DNA of 20,000 bases, taken from positions 109,770 to 129,769 of the forward strand of contig NOWV01000204.1 in the NCBI GenBank assembly GCA_003344405.1, in the 5' to 3' direction. Shown here piece after piece: positions 1-10,000 of this stretch (the stretch's first letter is position 1; every line of letters starts with the position of its first letter). A program made the position numbers and the translations under genes. Source of the DNA: Trichoplax sp. H2 (Eukaryota). Below the pieces are notes generated by a model. That model saw nothing but the letters and a program-made list of their open reading frames with translations. It did not search any database and was not told where the DNA came from.

Positions 1-1179
1 CTCTTCGTTATCTAAACTTTCATCTATTAACCGCTGGGGTTCATAGACTTCTTTTACGAAGACTTCATTGGTAACCGGATCAACTTTGAGATTAAGCCGA
101 CGATGATATAAATCCTGATCTGGAATCTGTATTGAAAGTAAATTACTATTGTAAGCGTTATGGTAACTTTGTAATTTAGTAGAGAAATTTATAGTTGATC
201 GTCTATCCAGTGCAACCTTTAAGTTAATGATAAAGTCCGGTTTTAAAGGCCAAGACTGTATCGATTGTATCTGTTTTGCTGGGGTCATCCATTCGTTTGA
301 TGCAGACGGAAAATCATCCAAAACATACCCTGTAGTGATATTATTATAATTGTTATAATAACTCTTGGTAAAATTGGCAGACTTTGAATTAAAAGTTTTA
401 GTAATGGACAACAGTTAACAGATATGACGTAATTACGTATTTTAATTAACAAATTTACCATGATGTTGCACTTCTGGAGATTCTAACTTATTTAACAAAA
501 TTTCCATTGCTAATTCTTCTGGCACACTGTCGCCATTGAGTAACAACTGCTTAGCCTAGATAATACAAGAAATTGATATTCAATTGGCATTAATTTAGCT
601 CTTTAACTATAAAGATGAGTTTGATGGTAGCTTGACCAACCTTTAGGCCAAGCACAGTTTCTTCCTTTATCGCTTCTTCAAGCGTTTGAGTACAATTTAC
701 CAAGATGCATTTCCAAGTCTTGGCTAATCTTAACGCCAATGTGGTCTTGCCAGAACCCTAATGTGTGCAATCGTTGAAGCTCTCAGCTAACTTAGCCTAG
801 TATATGGCATACTTTGTGCAGAGGTACTTACCGGTTTCCCAATAATGATAAAACAGGTTGGTTTAGTAGTTAAGACGTTCTTGAAAACCTATAGGAGGTA
901 AACTTTAGCTTAGAGATATTCACATTTTTGATGCGATAAAAATTTCGGTTATGAACAATATTGATATTTGGATCATGATTCTACTGTAACTGTATACAGG
1001 TTATGCGCAAAAAGAGTATGGTATATTTTAATTTATCTATTGCACGGAAAATCAAATTAAAGTAACTAAACAACATTAATACCTTCAGGCATTTGGAGTA
1101 ATTATGATGATTATTATAAACTAACCTTATCATCGTCGTATTCATCCACCATTTTTTGGTTGAAAATATTACTGTCCAT
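1..1179 (-). CDS. AK9: Adenylate kinase 9, 5' part (6 coding exons; gene continues past the left edge)
   Basis: Exons 1126-1179, 832-888, 641-757, 459-555, 217-329 and 1-126, all GT-AG and phase-consistent. Translation: MDSNIFNQKMVDEYDDDK-VFKNVLTTKPTCFIIIGKP-GSGKTTLALRLAKTWKCILVN...GDSVPEELAMEILLNKLESPEVQHHGYVLDDFP...LKPDFIINLK-IPDQDLYHRR. The P-loop GKPGSGKT and its flanks match my recollection of the human AK9 N-terminus (KPVCFVVFGKPGVGKTTLA...WKC...SPEVCHFGY...LKPDVIINIK). Confidence 0.93.
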
Positions 1180-1213
1180 GATTTAATAAATCATACTATC
1201 GATTTTGCTGATC

Positions 1214-1497
1214 CTGTGATCGAAAAGACGCGTACATTCAATTCAGATGAGTAGTACTATGACCATCGTTGAGGGTAATTTAGTGCAATTTATTTAATAT
1301 TAAATTAGGTTTAGCATTACGCTACTGTACTGTAGATAGGTAATAAAACAAGAAATTATGATAAACTAGTTGTATTCAATGATCAAATAGATTAAGTGTC
1401 TGTAAAATTTTCGAATTTGTATCATTGAGTTTCTACCACCATCAATTGATCCAGTATACATACAAACATGAACGCAATCTTCATCAAGCTACCTTAC
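1214..1497 (-). other. Probable 5'-UTR intron of AK9
   Basis: Minus-strand donor TTG|GTAAGG at 1497 and acceptor cttttcgatcacAG at 1214, about 35 nt upstream of the ATG. This would put a non-coding first exon at about 1498-1640, just downstream of the X-box. Based on splice signals only. Confidence 0.45.
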
Positions 1498-1660
1498 CAA
1501 TTATTTTATCAGTGATGGAAGGTATCGCTTTTAGCCAACTATGCTAGATTGATTATCCACTTTTTGCCAAGGAATAATTTACTCTTGTATATTACAAACG
1601 TTGTCAGGCTTGGGCTGATGTATGCTCTTCCCAGCTTGTCCACTATTCTGTATATACGTG

Positions 1661-1674
1661 GTTACTATAGAAAC
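1661..1674. promoter_or_regulatory. RFX X-box motif upstream of AK9
   Basis: GTTACTATAGAAAC fits the 14-bp X-box palindrome GTTNCYATRGNAAC. It sits inside an 18-bp near-palindrome, TGGTTACTATAGAAACCA (1659-1676), upstream of a cilia/flagella-associated gene. Confidence 0.7.
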
Positions 1675-1748
1675 CAACTTGGTCTTGCTGACGGACTACG
1701 CGACTAACGCGAGTGTTCACTGTTCAGTGTTCAGTAGTCAGGAAAGCG

Positions 1749-2175
1749 TACTACAGTACAGTATACCGTACGGTACATTATTGTTCATTGCACACTGTAT
1801 TGTACACTGTACACTGTACAGTACTGATTCGACTCAGTTGGAACAGTCATAGTGCCCGTGATAGAAGATCTTGGCGTCTGCCTAGCCTGAGTCCTGTACA
1901 GTGTACAGTGTACACTGTACAGTACTGATTCGACTCAGTTGGGACAGTCCTAGCGTACAGTAATTCCGTCTGCCTAGCCTGAGAGTCCTGTACTGTACAC
2001 TGTAGTGACTGTACAGTACAGTACATTACTGTACTAGCTTGAGTCTAATGCTATTCCTGTACAGTGTACAGTACACAGTACACTGTAAATTGAAGATGTA
2101 CTGTAAGGGTTTGTACTGTACTGTGTTCACTGTGTACAGTACAGTACAGTACAGCACACTGTAGTACACAGTACT
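1749..2175. repeat. Low-complexity TACAG/TACTG/TGTACA-rich tract between the divergent AK9 and ZNF277 genes
   Basis: Many interleaved TACAGT, TACTGT, TGTACA and AGTACT units, e.g. 2133-2152 GTACAGTACAGTACAGTACA. A shorter tract lies at about 2510-2570. Confidence 0.8.
1809..1993 (+). repeat. Imperfect tandem duplication, two units of about 92-101 bp
   Basis: Block A (GTACACTGTACAGTACTGATTCGACTCAGTTGG.ACAGTC.TAG) at 1809 and 1910. Block B (CGTCTGCCTAGCCTGAG..TCCTGTAC) at 1875 and 1967. The spacers between A and B are unrelated in the two units. Confidence 0.85.
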
Positions 2176-2273
2176 AGGGACCTTTATTAAAGTACAAAGT
2201 ACTCTAAGGAAATTCTTTTCCATCTGTGTTGTGGCTAATTCCAGGCGTCCGTCAATCCCTCAACTTGCCTCAT

Positions 2274-2416
2274 TCAGAATGCATCAAACTCCGTTATATC
2301 ACTTATATACCTCGCTGAAATGATTGTGAAATGGTATTACTATAGAATGTAATGCATTTGTAGAGCTATTTCAGCCAAGAATACTTCTATAGTACAACGA
2401 GTTCGATGCATTCTGA
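2274..2416. repeat. 143-nt imperfect inverted repeat (hairpin)
   Basis: TCAGAATGCATCaAACTC (2274-2291) is complementary to GAGTTcGATGCATTCTGA (2399-2416). GCTGAAAT (2314-2321) pairs with ATTTCAGC (2368-2375). AAATGgTATTAC (2329-2340) pairs with GTAATGCATTT (2349-2359). Confidence 0.75.
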
Positions 2417-2777
2417 CTGCGAGCTAGCGTACTGCATAACATCTTCGATTGCCAAATTCTACGCTAGTACGACAATCTTGCATATCGTCCAGTACTGAAC
2501 TTCGCAGGTCTTGTGTACAGTCTACTGCAGTACACTCAGTACGCAGTACTGTATCGAGCAGTACAGTAGCGACTAGTGACTACGGATGTCGGAATACAGG
2601 ACACCGGTCGACCACTAGGCAAATCGAGTGGTTCTGTCTATCTAGTCTGTCCATGGCTCTTGACAGTGTCGTCATGCGTGTACAGTACTGTGTGCAGTAG
2701 TGTGTGTCGGTCAAACGTTGAAGTCGAAGGGATGCTGTTGAGTTTCGAATCTCCTTTTCGTCAGAAAGTGTGCAACG

Positions 2778-5700
2778 ATGGATGATGGCAAAATTCCATG
2801 CCTTCTGTGCAATCAATTATTTCGTCATAAGGAAGAACTGCAAGATCATATGCAAAGCAATTACTCGTTAACTATTAATAGCATAGAATGCGTAGCTGAT
2901 TTATCCAGGTAACAACTACTGTATAGTGAAGTCATTTAGACGGCGATGAAGTCGACATGAATACAGTACATCAGTACACCATTGCTACCAGCTAAAATTT
3001 GATTGCATCACTTACAGTCCCAATATACTCGCTATTCGATAGAAGAACTCTGTTGCTACCATGCTTGCGTAATAATGATGATGTATGCTAGTGAAATGCT
3101 ATAGTTGACAATTTAGAATGGGTAGTAAGTGCTAGATGTGACAATGAATGATACGCGTATCATTATAATAAATGAATGAATGATTGATTCATCATGGCTA
3201 GCTTCTGTCCTCCTTGCAAGCCACGTAATCTCATGTTGACCAATGATGGATGTACTTGCTCCATGTTATGCCTATATTTTGCTATCAAGGATATCACTGT
3301 CATGATGATATTGTATGGTTTGAATAGTATTGATGCAAAAGCTTGGATAGGTCTGCTATTCGGTTACGGTGTAGGAAAGCATAGTGTTAGTCGTAGGCGT
3401 AGGTATATTATTAATTACGAGTAATTATTGTACTACATTACTAGCCTGACCTACAAAAGAATACAAACCATATTACTTTGGAATGGATGTTCTACTCAGT
3501 ATACAGTTCTAGCTGTTATTCGGTCTAGCACAAGCATAGTAAAATCAAGTTCATCTAGGTTGCATTGTATACTATTACATTGAATAACATTGGATGGTAC
3601 TAAGGTAGTTATCACTTGAAGATTGCTGACAAGAAGCAATGTTATTATGCCACATATCGCAAAGTTCATACATTACGCGTATTACTGTACTATTGGATAC
3701 GACTATGATTGAAGATGGCAATTTTTCGGTGAGAATAGGTATTTAAAGTATTGGAAAGACAGATTAACCATAGATAATTTCAAGGACCTTCTACCGTTCG
3801 ATCATCAAATAGGTAAAATCTATAATTTAAGATGCATTATTTTGCAATTTACTAGTAACTAGCAGTATAATTAATTGATTCTTTACATGTGTACGTACAA
3901 ACTATAAGAGCTGTATGTGTTAGGCCGTGATAATGAAGATGACTGCAATCTTAGAGAGAAATTAAAAAAGGATACTCTGGTGAGTCTATGTAGAAGTTGT
4001 GCAATCTTACCGAAATAAAGCTTTTCAGAAGCATAATACGAGCTTTGAATGAAATCTCACTATCCCGAGTAACTTTAGATAAAAATTTTATCGTGATGTA
4101 TGTCAGCTTGAAATTGAAATGTTAGACCGTATCACAATGCTTGTCATGCGGTATTTCCTATTATGACCTTTGCTGGTAATGACTAGACTTTAAGTGCGAC
4201 AGTTGATCTCTTTTTCAATTTGTTGTATACGAGTAGTTAGCTGCCTTAGCTCAACAAGAACGAGAAAGGATGGACAGTGAACGGATGCTATCGTGTTTAT
4301 TTTGTAAAAAATTATCAACTAGCAAAAGGTACTGCTGGTTAGCAAGTTAAATAGTTATCATCGAATGTTGGTCTAAAATATCTTGAAATTATTTCTAGTA
4401 ATCAGCTTATTAAGTATAAAAATTCCAGAACTTATAGAATGTCTATTCTTTGAAATGAAATAGAAAGGAGTTACTAAATCATATGAATGAAGAGCATGCG
4501 TTTAATTTAGGCTTACCAGATAATCTAGGTAACCCTTGGTGACTACAGTATTATGATTTTATTGCTATAGTTTCAATACATGGTGCCTCATAGGTTATTA
4601 TAAATGCTCTTCATAGAGCTAACCCTTCAAAGCTGACTTTTATCAATTACGTTTTAACAGTTTACGTAGATCAGTTTTTAACCATCTTGAAATATAAGCT
4701 AGAACGGTATGATATTTTATTTTGTACGTTTACTTGGATTGCTTTCTACAGTGTAAAAGGATTAATCTCAATTCGAAATATAAGTAATGAAAATTATTTT
4801 CTCGTAGATTTATTTGTTTATATTGCGAAAGAACTTTCCGCGATTCTACCACGTTGAAAGACCACATGAGAAAGAAAAGGCATAGAAAAATTAATGCCAA
4901 TAACAAGGAATACGATAAATTTTATATTATTAATTATCTGGTAAGTACAGTACTCTTATATACCAAAATTCAAGAACTTGGAAATTTCCTTTTAGATTTA
5001 CAAGTAAATAGACAGTATCATTACTAGCAAGTTAAAAATACAGACTGTGCTGCACTGCATTAAATAGGATCCTGGTAAAGGTTGGAAGAATATTCAAGAA
5101 GAAGAGAACAGACAAGATGACAACGATACAGACAACTCGGATGAGTGAGAGACTTTTATAGCTAATTTGCAGTTATATAGGGGATAACTGACTATCTCAT
5201 TAAAGTTTTGCTATAACCTTTCTGCAGGGAGTGGAGCGATGAATCTATCGATCAGGCTGCAAACGCTTCATGTTTGTTCTGTGATTTGACTTCCCAAGTC
5301 AATGATGTTGTCGTCCACTTGAACGTAAGGTTACTCATATAAGTTCTATAATATGGTAATTTTTAAACTTACTTACTGTCCGTAATCATTAGGATTTTCA
5401 CAATTTTAATATTTCTGGTCTTGTGAAACAATTCGGTAAGAAACTATACTATATCTATACAAGAGTATAAATAAAGAAATAGTGTAGTCCAATAATTTAA
5501 TTTCCATAGATTCGAATAGAGCTATGTTACAATATTCTCGTGTGTATTTGGACTCATAGGACTAAATATTTACGAACAGATAAAACTAATTAACTACTTA
5601 CGATTAAAGGTAAGTCATGCAAGTAATAGCTCAATGAAAAATATTATTTGTACGAGATGCGTGAATCTATGTTAATGCCGATTTCTGTAACCGATAAAAT

Positions 5701-6203
5701 TTAGATTTAGTTTATTAATGATTATAGAAATGTGACTTGGGTGATAATAAATTAATTAATTGTAGAAAAATGAAAATAAATGCGGATTTTGTGGCTGTCA
5801 GTGCGCCAGTGTGGAAGAATTTTCAACGCATGTTAATGGGGCTCATCTATGTTTTAATTCTGAAATCAAGGAGATTCAACTTCCCGCTAAAGAACATTGG
5901 AACCTATCACTGTATGTCACGTACCTGAAATGCTTTGATGTACTGTACCCATAGTGGGAAAAATATCTATTTGAATGCTTTCGTCGATGCAAGTACAGTA
6001 CTGCTCCAATTTTGTTATTTTGGAGTATTACTGTACATCGTAAGCTAGCATTAAGTTACTTTTCTTTGGTTGCTATTGCCGGGCGGCATCATTACTAAAT
6101 TGTTTTAATTTGAATTATCTGTAGATTTTTGTTCCCAGTCATTGAAGATGATCCATTGCTATGTATATTAGAAGATGAATCCACTGATTGTTCGCCATTG
6201 TGA
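2778..6203 (+). CDS. ZNF277: Zinc finger protein 277 (C2H2, uS5/RPS2-binding family), 13 exons, about 367 aa
   Basis: Exons 2778-2908, 3739-3812, 3909-3979, 4237-4328, 4464-4528, 4661-4706, 4808-4940, 5068-5144, 5228-5324, 5393-5435, 5560-5609, 5766-5911 and 6125-6203 (1104 nt, open frame, GT-AG). Diagnostic segments match recalled human ZNF277: VADLSRYLKYWKDR, NHMNEEHAFNLGLPDNLV, CLYCERTFRDSTTLKDHMRKKGHRKINANNKEYDKFYIINYL, GLNIYEQIKLINYLR, LFPVIEDDPLLC. Confidence 0.95.
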
Positions 6204-7013
6204 TTGTATAAACGATAGACTATAGTCTTTACGGAAATAACTCTAGATTAACGTTTGCTATAGTTGAGTACGAACTCACACGTTCATATGTATATACATG
6301 CACACTATGAAGCTTACGAAGAGAGGATAAATTATCTTCCACACCGTTAGTTAAAACAGTTTTTACATTTTTATTTCAATCTTTACTACCCATCTATTTA
6401 TTTGCTAGACTTAAATGGTTGTTTCTTATATTAATCGGTTAGCAGCTATTTAAAAATTTTTTATGTTGACGTGATGCAAGGTTAATTGCTATCAAATTGT
6501 AAGGCCTAAAAAGTTGTAACTATATGATTAATAACAATGCTGCTGTCGATATAAGATGTAATTGATGTGATTACACTGTACCTGTACATATTGTTTAAAA
6601 TTAATTAGTTAAGTACGGTATGCCAGTCAATGACTACAAGCCATTGCTATAAAGTTGCAGAATGAATTTGGCTTAATAAAAATAGAAAATTAAAATTGCA
6701 AATGCTCTGCATATATACAGTAAAAGAAATTTCTGCGATACTATGTTATTAGTATTTCAGGTACACAGCACATTTTTTAAAATTGTAATTTGTAGCAGTT
6801 CAATTTTGTTTTCGAATTACAGCGATACTATATAACGCATTACCGCATGGGTGTGCAGTAAACGGGTATCACACGTATATACAAAATCAAAGTAAATTAT
6901 TGTATTGCTAATCTGCCAAATCAGCATCGCATTACAAAGGGTAGAAAACGAGATACAGCACAAATAATTGTAAATAAAAGATACTATTACGATATCGTCA
7001 TTCCAGAATAACT

Positions 7014-10000
7014 TTATTTCCTCCCCCAAAAATTCTCCTTTCTTTGTTTAGATCTTTCTAGTACATCAGAAGCATAAGAACTAGCCATAGAGGAAACTGA
7101 CTCTCGATCATCCAATAAACGGTTTTTTAATTTAGAAATTCGGTCTGAAATTTCTGCTATATTGCCGTCATGGGGATTATTATCGCCAGTATTTCGATGA
7201 GAATTCGAATAATATCCTCTGTCTGTACTGTTTTCATTAGCAGCAACATTACCATTTTCATTGCGCTTAACGATTGTAGTTGCATTCTGGCCAAATTTTC
7301 GTCTCAGATTGGATGATTTTGGCGGCCTTATATTTGAATCCGAAGTTAAATTGCGATTTTCTTTCGTCGCTTCGTTCTTGTGGTTAGCAAATCCGACAGT
7401 TGTTTTAGCTTTACTGTAGGTATCCACATTTTTTAAATTTCCTTTATATTCCTTATTTAATCCATCTACATAAAATTGAATTATTATCAATTAAATAGTT
7501 TAGATATCAAACGAGTTGTGTTGATGTTATAGTGAGTTGAAATGATTAAATTAGTTAATATGATGTATGAAGCTTATACGTAGATTCTTAATTTAAATAA
7601 AACATTGCATATGTGATAATATTTACAGTTGCCACTATGCAGCGTATTACCGGAGTTTGATTTTGTAGTTACGAAACCATTCGTTTGCTCATGGTCATGA
7701 CTCTTACTCTTCGGTTCATATGCTTTGTTATCAATGGGATTTCTTCTTTCGACAATAGTATTACTTCCTAATTTCTCAAATTGGTCATTCCCATTCCCTT
7801 GTCCAGCTTCAATATTTCCATTACCAGGCCTTTCACTCAAAGTTTCTTCATCGTCGTAATCCTCATCAGCTTTGTTACTTTCTTCAGTTTCGTTTTCGTT
7901 CGCTTCGACGGTCCAGGCTTCCTTTGGCTGGGAAGGAGGCAATTGCTGTACTTGTGACACCTTCTACGAATAATATTAATTTTTATCAAATTACAGCATC
8001 AAAAGATGGAAATAAGGTAGATGTGAAATAACAATAGTACCTTTGAAGTTGTTGAGTAACTACCACGTTCATTTGTAGTGCGATTTTCTCTCCCTGATCT
8101 AGAAGTATCTGATGCAGGTTCCCAAAGATCTTCTTGTTCCATTTCCATTACCAATAGATTCTTTCTTGTAAAGAATGTTCCCTGCTGCGATCTTTCACGA
8201 AACAGTTGAACCTTTTCACGCAGTTCCAAAATCTAATTATGACATTAACAATAAATACATCGTCAAAATTAACTAAGAATACGATCCATGATTATTCGCA
8301 GTCGTAAATACTTATAAGTTGCCAAGCTATCTCAAATACCTGTTTATACCACGATGGTGTACCATCAGGAGAAATCACAGGAGAATTATCATCATCCTGG
8401 ATATATAAATCATAGAAATACGTAAGCAAATAGCTACAGTAAAATTAATATTTTAACATTTCTGTAAAAGAAATCAACTTAGACCAAGCTTCAAGAGGAA
8501 GTCTAAATTAAACATGCCTTAATTTTGGTTATATTCTTATCAGTGATTCGCTCTTTCGGAACGTAAGAACCTCCTCTGTATGCCATTAGGAAGGGTGCCT
8601 TAAAGTGTTCTTGATATTCCGTTGTAAATTTCCTAAATAGAAAATTAGATCATTTTAAGAATCGCTAAGGTAGTCACTAGTAAATCCTTTAATCTTAATG
8701 CTATACTTTCGTCTTCGATGAGGGAAGAAAGGTCGATCTGGATTTTCAGATTGATCTAAACGTTCCATATAATCAGATATTTTGTCTTTATAACCAGATG
8801 CTTTAATATCTATTTTATTTTAAAAGAATAAATAAATTAATCTGGCAGATAGTATAAAAGAGATTGAATTGAAAAGATTACCTTCAGATTTCTCTTTCTA
8901 TTGCAATTGTGGTAAAAAAATAGTAATTGGTTTGAGTAATCAAGAAAATGGAATTAATTTATAAATAATAATACGTAGAATCATTAAGTCTTAAGTGATT
9001 AGATTGCATAGACAAAATAATCATATAAATACGATTATACCTTATTATAATAGTCTCCATCTAGAATACTTTTCGTAGTATCTAAGCTGCTTTCCGATCG
9101 TTCATCGATAGAGCGGCTAGGACGTGCCAACCTTGATGATTGATCTTGCGCGGCTGGTTTAGTAGACTGCTGCATGGATTGCCTCCAATCCTGATACTGT
9201 CTTTGATATTCAGATTTTACGTTAGGCCTTGGGCCCATATCAACCTTAACAGGCGCTAGAAAAAGCAGAGAATATCGTAGATTGTTAAAACATGTATCAT
9301 AGGTTATTACCCTTTGTAAAATATTGCATAAAGCACTAGTGGTCTAACCAATATCAGTACTCGATTTGAAGATGGTATTATCTGCGGCAATAATTGGTGA
9401 TGCTCTTTCCGGTAATTTTTTCCAATCGTATTGCCTCTGATACTCAGATTTGCCATAAGCTAATCTAGGAGGATTAGTAGGGCGTAAACCAGCTTTGTAT
9501 TGTAATGCTTTGCTACCAATCTTATCCTGCAAAAAATCGAAAATGTCAGTTCAGTATTAAATCCTTACATTAGTATGTTATGATGTTACCTTATCATTAG
9601 AATAGGCTAATAGTATAATAGTAGCTAATATTTATACTTGTAATGCCTTAACGCGAGTATTATTTGTGAAACGCTGTTACGTATTTGATATTGATTGTTA
9701 TTGTGTGTAGGTAGCAAGAAGATAATTCAAGTTGTAGCTCATGATAGTTGGATAAGATAGTAATTATGCTGAGATTAAGTTGAAATATGTATTTACTAAT
9801 GGAATAACTATGTTAGGAATATTTCAGTTCGAGATATCTTCCATAGTAAGGTATAATAATATAATTACAATGTAGTTGTTTACAAATTAGACAGTTCTTT
9901 ATATAAAGTGAATCATTCGAGTAAGAAAGTACTGTATTGTGAATAACTGTGCCAATACAAGTTCTACCTTTACGATACGATACTGCATGTGCGTTTGATG

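Noticed and set aside
1809..2072. CRISPR-like repeat-spacer reading of the tandem units
   Set aside because: Only two full units, irregular lengths, a eukaryotic intron-rich context and no cas genes.
1622..2816. Supplied ORFs rich in C/T/V/Y/S/Q (1622-1852, 1713-1928, 2026-2223, 2449-2700, 2580-2816; also 12264-12536)
   Set aside because: They are mostly translations of stop-poor TACAGT/ACTGTA tracts, overlap in several frames, and show no recognisable domain.
3147..3164. Perfect 18-bp palindrome AATGATACGCGTATCATT in ZNF277 intron 1
   Set aside because: An isolated 9-bp-arm palindrome is not improbable in 20 kb of AT-rich DNA, and nothing else supports a function.
3302..3450. Box C (ATGATGA) ... 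box D (CTGA) snoRNA candidate in ZNF277 intron 1
   Set aside because: No convincing terminal stem and no recognisable rRNA-antisense element; these motifs are common by chance.
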